Notes: a model not told the origin generated them from the letters alone. 64,000 nucleotides of DNA from Octopus vulgaris (GCA_951406725.2 OX597827.1:20646001-20710000), one strand, 5' to 3'. Shown: positions 40,100 through 52,816, numbered from the stretch's first letter. Translations and numbers: made by a program.

Positions 40100-40393
40100 A
40101 GCATTCGAGTGAGGTCATTGCCAGTGCTGCTGGACTGACTCCTGTGCAGGTGGCACGTAAAAAACACCATTTGAGCATGGCTGTTGCCAGTACTGCCAGA
40201 CTGGCCCTCATGCTGGTGGCACATAAAAGCACCTACTACACTCTCGGAGTGGTTGGCATTAAGAAGGGCATCCAGCTGTAGAAACTCTGCCAAATCAAGA
40301 TTGGAGCCTGGTGCAGCCATCTGGTTCGCCAGTCCTCAGTCAAATCGTCCGAACCATGCTAGCATGGAAAGCGGATGTTAAATGATGATGATG
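40100..40393 (+). mobile_element. SINE-like family A, inserted in the centre of the foldback element
   Basis: Same body and tail. Confidence 0.85.
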
Positions 40394-40616
40394 AAAGTTA
40401 CATTGTTGTTTGGGAATCCCAAGTTAACTCATCTTAGATGTTTCATTTCAATTCACAACTGTGTTGAGTTAACTTTGAAATTCCAAGAGACAATATAATC
40501 TTCATTTAATTAAGGTATTCTCAGCTTGATGATTAGCTAAGTTGAATACTCCTCATTAAGAAATTATTACATCAGAAGATCAGCTAGCAAAGAAACCTAT
40601 GCAGCTTGGATTTTAC

Positions 40617-40752
40617 CATTATTTACATTTGACAGATATTTATCCTCATCTTGTTTGTTGTTAACATATATCCATCATCTTATTTGTTGTTGACAAATAT
40701 CTGTCAAATGTAAATAATGTACATAATTCCTCATCTCTTAAATATAGAACTG
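40617..40752. mobile_element. Small hairpin insertion with ~12-bp TSD
   Basis: Perfect 25-bp inverted repeat at 40617-41 and 40695-719. TGGATTTTACCA is duplicated at ~40607 and ~40753. Confidence 0.7.
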
Positions 40753-40986
40753 TGGATTTTACCAGTTCCACTCCCTCAATTTGGATTTTTATTCAGATCT
40801 GTAACAACTCTAGTTGCCAACCGTGAGTTATACTGATACTTTCAGTGTATTAAATTTCCTCATAACTTCAATATGGGAAAAAGTGTTATTGTTCCTGACC
40901 ATACACTGTCCACTTGTTGTTTTCTATACTTGCTATGAACTGCTTGAAGCTTACAAACTTCCTACACTTGGATCTCTGGGTTTTAC

Positions 40987-41040
<54 letters not shown>

Positions 41041-41254
41041 ATATATATACACACAAAAAGTATAGGGTTTAGTTCACAGGTGATCTAAACGATTAGGTAC
41101 ACTAGGTAAGTGCTGGAACAAATTGCCAGGGCTCCAAGGTTATAGCTATGATGGTAGTTATGGTGCCATTGTAGATTTCCGATATCCGATATAGCAGAGA
41201 TATAATTGTTAAAGAGAACAACAAACGTTAAGGCAAGACAAACATCTCAAGCAA

Positions 41255-41518
41255 TATACATTATTATTATAGGAAGAAATTCAAAGTCTTACAGCTGTTT
41301 CTGTGATATTGCAGAGTATGCTTATTTTTTTCTTCTCCTTCTTCATCCCCTTATTCCTTTTCTCTTGTCCACCATGTCATCATTTTATTAATCTATACCC
41401 TTCTCATTTTTCCTATTTGTTTACAGTGACAGAATATCTCATAATTTGGGATATCCCAGAAACAGCTGTAAGACTTCGAATTTTTCTAATAATAATAATA
41501 ATAACAACAACGTATATA
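41255..41518. repeat. Hairpin element with ~55-bp inverted arms containing GAAACAGCTGTAAG
   Basis: AAATTCAAAGTCTTACAGCTGTTTCTG pairs with CAGAAACAGCTGTAAGACTTCGAATTT. Confidence 0.75.
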
Positions 41519-41560
41519 ACCTGAGGTGTTTCTCTTGCCTTAATGTTTGTTGTCCTTTGC

Positions 41561-41746
41561 ACCCGTGCCAGTGGCATGCAAAAAGCACCCACTACACTCT
41601 CGGAGTGGTTGGTGTTAGGAAGGGTATCCAGCTGTAGAAACCTTGCCAGACCAGATTGGCGCTTGGTGCAGCCTACTGGCTTGCCAGCCTTCAGTCAAAC
41701 CATTCAACGCAGCATGGAAAACGGACGTGAAACGATGATGATGATG
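41561..41746 (+). mobile_element. SINE-like family A, truncated
   Basis: Same body and tail. Confidence 0.8.
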
Positions 41747-41764
41747 AAGATATATATATATATA

Positions 41765-42338
41765 TAGGGAGAGTTTACGAAAAAAACAAAAGACGAAGAC
41801 AGGTAGTGTACAAAACAAATAGATGTATTAGTATAACGCTCAGGAATAGAAAAAGTCTTTTATGTTTCAAGCCTATGCTCTTCTACAGAAAGGGACACAG
41901 AAAAAAACAAGGAGAGAAGAAAAAAATGTGTGTAGTGGCTAACGATCTATCATGGCAATCTATCATATCTATATGCATTACCCCATCTTCACCCAACCAT
42001 CCCAACTCTCCTCCCCACACCTCTGCACCCCCTCTTCCTGACCCCAGTCATCCTACCACCCTGCTTCCTCGCACTGTTGTCACTACACCCCCCTATCTCC
42101 CCCTCTCCGCTGCCGAGCACTCTCTCCCTTTCAAAATGTGACCTCTTGTGTACCGTTGGCGATTTTTTTCCCTCTGTCTTCCCTTCTCTGGATCTTTCCT
42201 TCTCCTATGTTTCCGACGAAGAGCTCTGCTCGAAATGTTAAACCCTCCTTCTTTCCTTCTTTCCTGAGCATTCAATAATACTGTATTTGTTCCACGTCCT
42301 CGCGTTGTTGTGTTTTTTTTGTGCTTTCTTGTTTGGAT

Positions 42339-42342
<4 letters not shown>
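41765..42342. mobile_element. Penelope-like remnant: two diverged, oppositely oriented pLTR-like segments with decayed hammerheads
   Basis: Minus strand CTGTAGAA-GAGC-atag-GCTT-GAAAC (~41862-41887) and plus strand CCGACGAA-GAGC-tct-GCTC-GAAAT (~42213-42236). Both are followed by TTCCTGAGC..AATAC..TATTTGTT and a T-rich tail. (TA)n flanks. Confidence 0.5.
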
Positions 42343-42379
<37 letters not shown>

Positions 42380-42474
42380 TAACTTTACTGTCAGCACATG
42401 GTGGCTTGAAATTCAGTCATTTTTAAACATTTTTGCATTGAATGCATTGATGATTTAATCTGTAAGTAACAGAA

Positions 42475-42695
42475 GGTGGTGAGCTGGCAGAAGTGTTAGC
42501 ATGCCAGGCAGAATGCTTAGCGGTATTTCATCTGTCTTTATGTTCTGAGTTCAAATTCCACCGAGATCGACTTTGCCTTTCATCCTTTCAGGGTCGATAA
42601 ATTAAGTGCCAGTTGCATACTGGGGTCAATTTAATCGAGTGCACCTCTCCCCCTCCCCCAAAATTTCTGGCCTTGTGCTTAGAGTGGAAAAGAAT
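42475..42695 (+). mobile_element. tRNA-derived SINE family C
   Basis: Homologous to 43697-43915. Confidence 0.8.
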
Positions 42696-43696
42696 CTATA
42701 AGAACAGGTAAGATGACCTAAAATGACAAAGTAAGTGTTCAGATCAGATTAACTACCTAACCTAACGTGTGTGTGTGTGTGTGTCTGTCTGTCCGTCTAT
42801 AATTGGTATTTTGTCTTTTATTTCTGCCTCACCACACCTTCTGGTAATAGAATTCTTCTTAAACACGCCTCCAGCTTACATAGACATCCAGACATGATCA
42901 CAATGCACAGCGCACCTTCTACACACCTCCCATACACTGAACACACCTCCTCACTTAACAAACCACATGTTTAGAAGTCAACACAATGTCAGTCCTTAAT
43001 GATAAACATGATGGAGGATGGTGATGGTGGTGGTGGTGGCGGCGGCGGCGGTGGAAGGTGGGGACTAAGCCACAGGACAGATGGACCATCTAATGAACAG
43101 ACAGACTAAGAGATCATGGAGAAGCAAACACGGAGAAAGGGAGGGAGGAAGAGAGTAGTTTGGTAAAGGACCACTTCACAATGGCAGCCTGCCATTTGCA
43201 GAACCAAAATAGTGTAGAGGGGGGATGGTGGTGGTGATAGGGGGTGTTGTTGTTGGTTGTGGTGGTGGTGGTAGTGGTGGTGATGGTGGCAGTGGTGGTG
43301 GTGGTGGCAGTGGTGGTGGTGGTAGTGGTGGTGATTGTATCTGTGGCCAATGTTCTGGCAATTTACAGCTTTGCTAATGAAAAAGTAATTCAATCCAGTG
43401 ATTTCAGCAACAACAACAACAATCATCTCATTAGTTAAAAACCACTGAGAGACCCCACCCCTTATTGGGTAAAATCTTCTTAACCCCACCAAATATCTAC
43501 ATGGTTACTTGACTTGCAAGAAACAAGAGCAAAACCTTCTCCAAATTACTCTACACTCTTTTTCAAAATGACACATTGATTAATGTACTTCTAGATACAC
43601 TGTGTCTGAATAAAATACAGGAAGGCCTGATTTTTAGGGGAGGAGGTAAGTTGATTACATTGACCTCAGTACATAACTGGTATTTATTTTATTTAT

Positions 43697-43915
43697 GGTG
43701 GTGAGTTGGCAGAATCGTTATCACGCCGGGTGAAATGCTTAGGGGTATTTCGTCTGATGCTACGTTCTGAGTTCAAATTCCGCCGAGGTTGACTTTGCCT
43801 TTCATCCTTTCGGGGTTGATTAAATAAGTACCAGTTACGCACTGAGGTCGATATAATCGACTTAATCTGTTTGTCTGTCCTTGTTTGTCCTCTCTGTGTT
43901 TAGCCCCTTGTGGGC
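43697..43915 (+). mobile_element. tRNA-derived SINE family C
   Basis: TGAGTTGGCAGAATCGTT...GAGTTCAAATTCC B-box and GACTTTGCCTTTCATCCTTTCGGGG core. Related copies at 42475, 38705, ~19350, ~32840 (-) and ~44700 (-). Confidence 0.8.
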
Positions 43916-44250
43916 ATTCCCGAAAGGATGAAAGGCAGAATTTGAACACAGAACATAAAAACAGACAAAATGTCGCTAAGCGTCTTGTCCATTTTTGTAA
44001 TAAAAGTAATAACAATTACAATAAAAGTCCTTTCATTTTTTTATGCATTACATCCCAACATCTGTGGCCATGCTGGGGCATTGCCAATGTCATTACTTTT
44101 CCAATGGCCATTCCTATATGTGCTTTATTGATAGTAATGTATTTCAGCCAGACTCCACCTAAATTTCAATTAAAGCTCAGCTAATTGCAATGTTTTAAGA
44201 TATTCCAGGAGCTAACTCAACACATTAACAAGCCAATGCTATCTTGTATC

Positions 44251-44292
<42 letters not shown>

Positions 44293-44971
44293 CCGAAATT
44301 TTAAAACAAACTTATAAATATTTTTATGTTTTGACAGGCACTCTCTAAAATGATACTTTATGCAAAACCAAGTATATGGTACCCTAGTCATAACACTAAC
44401 TTGAACATCTAACTTGTTGTCTCTTGAGGTCTCTGGGTGAGACCTGGAGTCAACTTGTACAAATACAAAGCAGAAGTCAAACATGGTAATAATAACAGGA
44501 GCACTTTTACATTTTGAGCCTTCGCTTTTCAACAGAAAGGAACAAGAGGTCATATAGGGAGAGTGCTGGAGAAAGGATCACATGCACAGGACCTGCCCAA
44601 GGGCAAATAACCTCCAGATGCCTATACATCCACATATGTTGTTGCGTGGATGCTGTTGTGGTCGTTATAACACATAGAAACAGTGGAATTTGAACTCATA
44701 ACATAGAGACAGAAGAAATGCTGTAAAGAATTTTGTCCGGGCAGTTCTGCCACTTCACTGCCTTAATGATGATGATGATGATGATATAAGCCTGTGAGCA
44801 TAAATGTTGTGGGGGTAGGGGGTGGAGTACAGACAGACTACCCCCAGGATATTGCTGGAAAAGAAAAACAAAATCGATCCTAATTTGAGTTGAATTTAGG
44901 AGATTAATTAATAACAGCAACAACTTCTTTGGAGTGACAGAAGGGCATTTTTTTCACTGTTTAAGTAAAAA

Positions 44972-45293
44972 AACGCCCTCCGTCGCTTATGACGATGAGG
45001 GTTCGAGTTGATCTAATCAAGAGAACAACCTACTTGTGAAATTAACGTGCAAGTGGTTGAGTACTCCACAGACACTCATATCCTTTACATAATTCTCAGG
45101 GAGATTCAGCAGGATACAAAGTGTGACAAAGTTGGCTCTTTGAGTTGAGATACAACTCATTATTGCAAGCTGAGTGGACTGGAGCAACGTGATGTGAAGT
45201 GTCTTGCTCAAGGACACAACACATTGCCATGAATCGAACTCACAACCTTATGATCGTGAGCCGAATGCCCTGACCACTAAACCACATGCCTTC
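44972..45293 (-). mobile_element. tRNA-derived SINE family D-related copy
   Basis: Reverse-complement head GAAGGCATGTGGTTTAGTGGTCAGGGCATTCGGCTCACGATC...GTTCGATTC and the same core. Confidence 0.75.
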
Positions 45294-45565
45294 ATACTGT
45301 TTCTGTAGAGAGGGAAAATATTGAATGCATTTGGGAGGGAGAGAGAGAAAGAGGAGGGGGAATGTGTGTGTGTGTGTGATTAATGAGCAAATTAATAGCA
45401 AGTTATAAGTAATAGTAAAGAGGGAACTAATTAACATTATGCAGTGAAGCAACACTGATGAGGAAAAGTATTATCTTAACGATTAATTCTGGCTTAGAAA
45501 GGCAAGGGATGTCTATGGAATGTAACATTGGGCTCAGTTTTTGTCAGTTCTTCAGAAATCTCGTG

Positions 45566-45655
45566 CATCACATCAAGCTATCATTGGGAGGAAAAGTAGT
45601 AACAGTTTGACATCACATCAAGCTATCATTGGGAGGAAAAGTAGTAACAGTTTGA
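45566..45655. repeat. Tandem duplication, 2 x ~45 bp
   Basis: CATCACATCAAGCTATCATTGGGAGGAAAAGTAGTAACAGTTTGA twice. Confidence 0.9.
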
Positions 45656-47040
45656 ATAATATAACCTCGGATATACAAATAGATGGAATGGTCATGGCTG
45701 GAAAGACTTTGATCTATCATGGGGTTAAGTGAACAATAACAACAACTTTACTATTGAAGGGGTCTCTATATAGCCTTTTGATCTGTTGCAAATGGCAGCT
45801 AAATCTCCTTTAAATCATATCATCTCTACCAAGAACATTCTCCACAATGAGGTCTTTGATGTGCAAAAAGGAGGGATGGTCACTAACTGTACAACTGGAA
45901 TGTCTTTTGCTCATAAACTTGAGGGCTGACCTGGGGTTAAATCTACAACAACAACTTCATAAATGTGTTGCTAAATTAGAAACAACAATTGAAGCAAGTT
46001 GGATCCTGAGCTGATGCCCACCCACAACCATCCCCTCTCCCCCACCCCCACACCAACTTCTCTTTCAATGGAATCTGATGGTGGGGGTGGGGGTGGGGGT
46101 GTCTTTATTATTTGGCTTTCACCCCCCCACCACTGCCACCTGGAAAATCAATAACTTGTCAAATAATGCGAGCCATTGATTGGTTGATTGGTCAGCAGGC
46201 TGAGATTCAATAAGATACCAGTGCTATCTGATTGAACAAAGGTGATTGGCTGAGAATGAGAGGGTGGGATGTAGGGGGAGGGGGTCAAACAATAGAATTC
46301 TGTTGGATTAAACAAAGGGGGTATGGAGAGGAATTGGTTTGGGTTCTTTATTACTCAACATGTGTCTAAGAGAGGTGGAGGAACAGGGAGAAAAAAGGAG
46401 TGGGAGAGAAGAAAGAGAGAGAGAGAGATAGAGAGAGAGAGAGACTACACCTGTGTTTGTCAAAACTGGTCAGTCTTCTCTCTCACACCATTCTTCTGTC
46501 TACCTAATTTTTGATTCACACTTTTTTTCCTTTGTCTTTTTAACACCCTGTACCAATGCATGCACGCACACACACACCTGCACACACACACACCAGGAGT
46601 ACCCACACCTACCCCTCTCCTTTCTACACACATACAACTAAATTTTCATTTATTTATACACAGTCATCCAGAACTGCATACAGATAATACATGCACACCC
46701 TCCTCCCCCACTACCCATATATACACTCACACATACAGACATATACACACTTCAATGGTGTTTAGACAACGCACACACACACGCACGCACACACACACGC
46801 ACGCACACATACACACAGTCATTCATATCCTTGTATTTTCTGTTCAGTTTTTGGTTGTTTAAATATGCTGATTACATCCCAACCCTACTGCAAAGATTAA
46901 TACTACCATGACCACCACTACTGACATAAACAAGATATTCACTGTTTCTGGTATAAACATCAGACCACTGCCACCACCACCACCACCATCAACTCTGGCT
47001 TTCTTAAACATTGTACTGGATCACTTTTCAATTATTGATT

Positions 47041-47077
<37 letters not shown>

Positions 47078-47086
<9 letters not shown>

Positions 47087-47370
47087 CCATATATATCCAT
47101 ATCTATCTATATCTATATATATCCATATCTATCTATATCTATATATATCCATATCTATCTATATCTATATATATCCATATCTATCAATATCTATATATAT
47201 CCATATCTATCTATATCTATATATATCCATATCTATCTATATCTATATATATCCATATCTATCTATATCTATATATATCCATATCTATCTATATCTATAT
47301 ATATCCATATCTATCTATATCTATATATATCCATATCTATCTATCTATATATATCTATATATATATATAT
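47078..47370. repeat. 26-bp minisatellite derived from TA/TCTA microsatellite
   Basis: CCATATCTATCTATATCTATATATAT repeated about 10 times. Confidence 0.9.
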
Positions 47371-48010
47371 AGTCCAGCCTATGCCAGCATAGAAGACAAA
47401 TGTTAAACGATGATGACATATATATCATCGTATATATATATATATATATGTATGTATGTTCACATACACACACACAACATGTTTGTGCATGTATGCACAT
47501 GCAGCGCCACAAGCTATCTATACATACATATTGCAAGGCATCTAGAAAAGCCTTGGAAAGACAGAGATAATAAGAGAGAGAGGATGAAAGAGTGGCTATC
47601 TTCAACATGCAATCTCTTTGATGTGGCTGCAACATGCAACATGTAGCGGGTGCTGTTTCTCATCATTATTAGTCAGAGATACGCGTGAGTGAGTGGAGCG
47701 AAAATGAATGGCTGTGTATATCTAAGTAGGTATGAGTGTATGTATGTACATATGTTCCTCTCTCACTAATATATATACATATGTGTGAGTGTGAGTGTGT
47801 GTGTGTATGGTGGTGAGAAAGTGTCCTCTGGGTGTGCATGTATTTTTTTATTAGTTTTACACTATGGACCATGGCCATGCTGGAGTATTGTCTTCGGGGG
47901 GTCTTACTTCGCCTGGTGCTAATTTTAAAGATCTTGATATAGTGAATGGCTAGGTCTACCTTGGATTAAAAGGATATAACTTAGTCATGACAAATACTGC
48001 AAGATATTTT

Positions 48011-48394
48011 AGATCTTTTCGGTTTGAACGGCAGTTTTTTCTAGTGGTGTCATATGAAATTGTCACCCATAATTATGACCCTAGTATCGATCTATTGCAT
48101 TTCAATCTATTTTAGGGTTAGGGTGAGGGGAAGGGTATCTTTTTTTCTTCACAAATGTAAATAAACCCAATCTGTTTCTTAAATGAGGGACATATTCATA
48201 CGGCACAGAATGTTTTCACCTCAATAGACGGTCATCGATTGGTTGAAATTGCCGAAATGCAAGAAATTAAAGACCAAATATCTTACAAACTATAGAATTT
48301 TCTCAATAAAGCCAAGAGAAAAAGATATTTTATAAACACATTCTACCAGTATATGAAGTTTAAAATTTTTTTAGTTACCTAACCAAAAAGATCC
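48011..48394. mobile_element. MITE with 8-bp TSD
   Basis: GATATTTT at 48003-10 and 48395-402 flank TIRs AGATCTTTTCGGTT / AACCAAAAAGATCC. Internal TTAGGGTTAGGG. Confidence 0.8.
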
Positions 48395-48489
48395 GATATT
48401 TTGTTCAACATACAAGTTTAAAAGCAATCCTCTAACATTAATACACACACACACAGAATAATTAAAGTTTGACTAGTGACAAGCTACAC

Positions 48490-49260
48490 CTAAATACTAC
48501 ATGTGCCTCCCTACCGAGGGTTGGCAGCTGATGAAGAGAAGGACTGCTTTTAATGAGGCTCTTCTGTAAACTCAAAGCCAGTTGATGATGGTGACTTCTC
48601 TAACGTAGCTGTTGATTTGGACAGACATGTGGGACAGCAGCACAATGGATTCTTCAGAGGTTGTAACAAGAAGGCTGTGTGTTCGAATTATGTTGGGGTC
48701 ACCAATTGTAACAAGATGAGAGTTTTAGGAACACTTGAGGGGTGTTTGGTCTTATCTTGTTACATACAATAGTCGAAGAAAAGGAACCAAAAATCTGGCT
48801 GTCTTCAATAACAACAAATAACACTTTATTCTTCGGGTTCACAGGTAAAATATATACATATATATTTCTTAAGGGCGAACCGGCAGCCAAGTCCACAGGA
48901 CTGTTTACAAATGTTCACTCGGCTGAGCCAAGAAGATACGGTCTCCGTTCCCGTTTCGAAGAGAGCTCCTCTATGCGTAGGGTTTTCCCTGAGAGAAGTT
49001 TTAGTCATGTCCGTTCGTTAGGGCTGCTCTTCCAAAAAAGGACAGATTTAGCGGAGACGCCTTCAGGTTGCAGTTCCTGCGCATGCGCATGAGGGAACTT
49101 CTGGCGGCCTACCGGAAGTAATCCAATTCTGCGCATGCGCACTGAAACTTCCACAGTAGCGTCACTACAAGGTCATGGGGGACGAGTAATGTGTATGGTA
49201 CAAAAAACAAAACAAAACAAAAAGAGAAAGGATCAACACTCGAGGACTTCTTTTATGCAA
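48490..49260 (+). mobile_element. RTE endonuclease fragment split by a solo LTR
   Basis: EEKDCF...DLDRHVGQQHNGFFR|GHGG; the frame rejoins across the AGGT duplication. Confidence 0.5.
48662..49169 (-). mobile_element. Solo LTR (508 bp), probably Gypsy-type
   Basis: TGTA...TACA termini with a 4-bp TSD AGGT (48658-61 and 49170-73). CpG-rich relative to its flanks. Minus-strand order of TGCGCATGCGCA motifs, TATA-like tract, then AATAAA. Confidence 0.8.
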
Positions 49261-50129
49261 TGGAAAGCCAAGTTCCTTAGCAATGTAGAGACACTGGTAC
49301 AATGAAAGCAAATGTACATTGGTTGGAAAGTCCAAAGAATGGGGAGAAGTCGAAGAATTCTTCCAGTCACAGTTGTTTAATGGTTCAAGAAATTAAGATT
49401 GACCATGACTGCAATACAAGAGTTCAGCTGAAATTAACAGGAAGAGACCAAACATCAATATCAGCAAATGCCGATTGAAAGAGATCAATTCTTGCCCAAC
49501 TTATGATACAAGATTTTTTGCCCATGGACAGTCATTGATGTGTATTGACCAGCTCTGATATGTTGGTGTGAGAAATGGCATTTGACAAGCTTGAAAGACA
49601 ACCTGCACATCCATGCATCACACACACACACACACACACACATGTCCCTGTGAGTGTGTGTCCCCTTGTGAAATTGATTTTAAAGGAAGGAAGAAGATTT
49701 ATAAGAATATTGGATTGGAAAACGAAAGAGGCCTTCATTGCTAATTTGGAACCCCTTTTGGCTGATAGTCTCCTATGGGTGGCTGTATTTCCTCCAGACA
49801 CAAAATGATCACAGTACAGTGAGTCACCATTTTAGAAAAGAAAGCAAAATTCCCTCAAACTGTACCTTATTGTTTTTAATAAATAAGGACGCATTGAATA
49901 ATGTAATTCTGGACACTGTCTGAAAATAAATGAGGAGGTCATGGAAGGAATACTTGGATCACAGAGCTAAATAACAACACAAACACATATATAGAAATCT
50001 GACTGATGAGGTAGCAGACCAATTATACTTGGTGCAAGGGAAGGACAAGCCAATAACTTTAACTACATAAGAATCTGTGTTTCTCCATGTTGAGAAAAAT
50101 TCAGAAGGTATTGGAACTTATATGACAGT

Positions 50130-50277
50130 GTTAGGCTTTAATCCTTTGGAAACCTACACACTGGAGACTGTTCCCTAGTTAGGCTTTAATCCTTTGGAAA
50201 CCTACACACTGGAGCCTGCCCCTAGTTAGGCTTTAATCCTTTGGCAACATACAACACTGGAGACTGGCCCCTAGTTA
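50130..50277. repeat. Minisatellite, 3 x ~48 bp
   Basis: GTTAGGCTTTAATCCTTTGGAAACCTACACACTGGAG..TG..CCCTA repeated three times. Confidence 0.9.
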
Positions 50278-51239
50278 ACTGCTTTAAAGTGCTCCAATTC
50301 AAAACTTTTTATTAAAAGTTCATTTTAATTAAGGTTTTAACATCGTAATTAACATTAGAATAATCATTGTCAAATATATTGGTGTCAGAATATCAGAATG
50401 TCTTTGTGCATTTTGAGTTCAGATACTGTCAAAATCAACTTTGGCATTCATCTTGTTAGGATAGGGGTAGACCTTGCCCCTACCTCTTTCCAACCAACAG
50501 TAAAATATTTTACCACCTTCAGATTACGTCTTCAAAAAAAAAGTAAAATATGAAAAAAAACAACTTAGTAAAAAAAAAAATTTAAACAATAAAATGAAAC
50601 GCCTTCAAACTAAGCTGCAGGTCTCTGAGATGATTCAAGGAAAATGTCAAGTTTTAGCCACAGGCATAAAGTAGGACCAGTAGAGAGATAGACCTTGGAC
50701 CTGTCCCTCCATCCACCCTACCAGCCATCAAACATAGTTGTGTCTCCATGACCGTTGTTGTTTAGAGATAAGTCAAACCAACACCTCAAGGCATTCACGA
50801 CCATCCCATCTTCTTGGCTTCTCTGTATTGGTTCACCATGGAGTATATTATCCAATGTGTCCTGTGTATAAGGTGTTGTTTGAGAGAAATCTGGCTGCTA
50901 TTTCTAATAGGTCCATCAACCACATAGAGTTTCTCTCACTGGCTCATCTGCACATGTGTGTATGCATGTGTGCATGAGGTGTACTGTATGTGTGTGTGTG
51001 TGTGTGTGTGTCTAATGAGAGAAAAGTGAACAAGGAGAGGCTTATCTTGAAATGTAAATTCTCTTGCTTCATGAGAAACAACAACAAGATTTATACAAAA
51101 GACAGGAGTAGGACAGTGTTGTCATCAAGCTCGATGTTGTTGTTGTTGTTGGAATGGTGCCATAAGCTCACAAGAGTTGAATTATTGTTGGGAAGGATAT
51201 GGTGAGAGAAAGAGAGAGAGAAAGGCAGAAAAACAGTAA

Positions 51240-51240
<1 letters not shown>

Positions 51241-51300
<60 letters not shown>

Positions 51301-51709
51301 CATATATATATATACATATATATATACATACACATACATATATATATACATACACATACATATATATATATATACATACACATACATACATATATATACA
51401 TACACATACATACATATATATATATACATACACATACATACATATATATATATACATACACATACATACATATATATATATACATACACATACATACATA
51501 TATATATATACATACACATACATACATACATATATATACATGCACATACATACATACATATATATATATACATACACATACATACATACATATATATATA
51601 TACATACACATACATACATACATATATATACATGCACATACATACATATATATATACATACACATACATATATATACATACACATACATACATAAATATA
51701 TATACATGC

Positions 51710-51766
<57 letters not shown>

Positions 51767-51894
51767 CACATACAAACATATATATATATATACATACACA
51801 TACAAACATATATATATACATACACATACATACATACATATATATATATATACACATACACACATATATATATACACATACATATATATATACA
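51241..51894. repeat. Compound (TA)/(TACA) microsatellite
   Basis: Directly visible; source of the longest spurious ORFs. Confidence 0.95.
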
Positions 51895-52454
51895 TCTGCT
51901 TGAAGAAATGGAAAGCTGTTAAGGAGAAAAAAGGTCTGTGCATGTGCATGCATATAGGTGTGTGCGTGTGTGTGTGTGTGTGAGTGTGTGTGTGTGCATA
52001 TGTGTTTGCGTAAAGTGAAGAAAAGATGAAAGATTAAATTAGACAAAATGACTGGGTAGATGTTGAGGGTGGGGTGGAAAAAGAGAAAGCAAAGATAGAG
52101 ACAGAGAAAGAGAGGGAGGAGTGAGTGAGAGGTAAAGAATGAGCTTGATGATGTTAGGTGTGACGGAAATCAATAATTTTGAAAAATATAGAAACGCTGG
52201 AAGTAAATCTGGCTTAGAAGATGGTTAGAATGCATTGGAGGGAAACTGTGATGTACATTCACACAAGTCTCTAGGTGGGTGTATATACATATACGCACTT
52301 ACGTTTTATATACACAGACATGTACAAAATCACGCAGGCACACCTGAACTTACGCATACATATATTTATTGATGCACACATACACACAAAAATGTGTGTG
52401 TGTGTGTATGTATATATATATATATATATATATATACATACATATGTATATGCG

Positions 52455-52495
<41 letters not shown>

Positions 52496-52656
52496 GTATA
52501 TGTATATGCATAATATATATATATATATATATATACATTTATATATATATATATATACATAGACATACATATATATACATACACATACATATATATACAT
52601 ATATATACATACATACATATATATACATACATATATACATATATATACATACATAT

Positions 52657-52734
<78 letters not shown>

Positions 52735-52779
52735 CATCATCATCATCGTTTAGCGTTCGCTTTCCATGCTGGCATGGGT

Positions 52780-52816
<37 letters not shown>

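Larger units (their letters stand above)
39738..40993. mobile_element. Foldback (long-TIR) element with ~350-bp imperfect arms and nested insertions
   Basis: 39738-40085 is the imperfect reverse complement of 40508-40993 (for example GAAGTTTGTAAGCTTCAAGCAGT / ACTGCTTGAAGCTTACAAACTTC and GCAACTAGAGTTG / CAACTCTAGTTGC). Flanked by (TA)n. Confidence 0.8.

Noticed and set aside
48742-49092. 116-aa ORF
   Set aside because: Lies entirely within the solo LTR with no recognisable motif.
50003-50030. CTGATGA-GGT-agcag-ACC hairpin
   Set aside because: Not followed by GAAA or a stem III; chance match.
50130-50277. Regularly spaced repeats resembling a CRISPR array
   Set aside because: Head-to-tail units without unique spacers, eukaryotic context and no cas genes.
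51091-52046. The longest ORFs in the track (234-292 aa, YI/CM-rich)
   Set aside because: Compound TA/TACA microsatellite artefacts.
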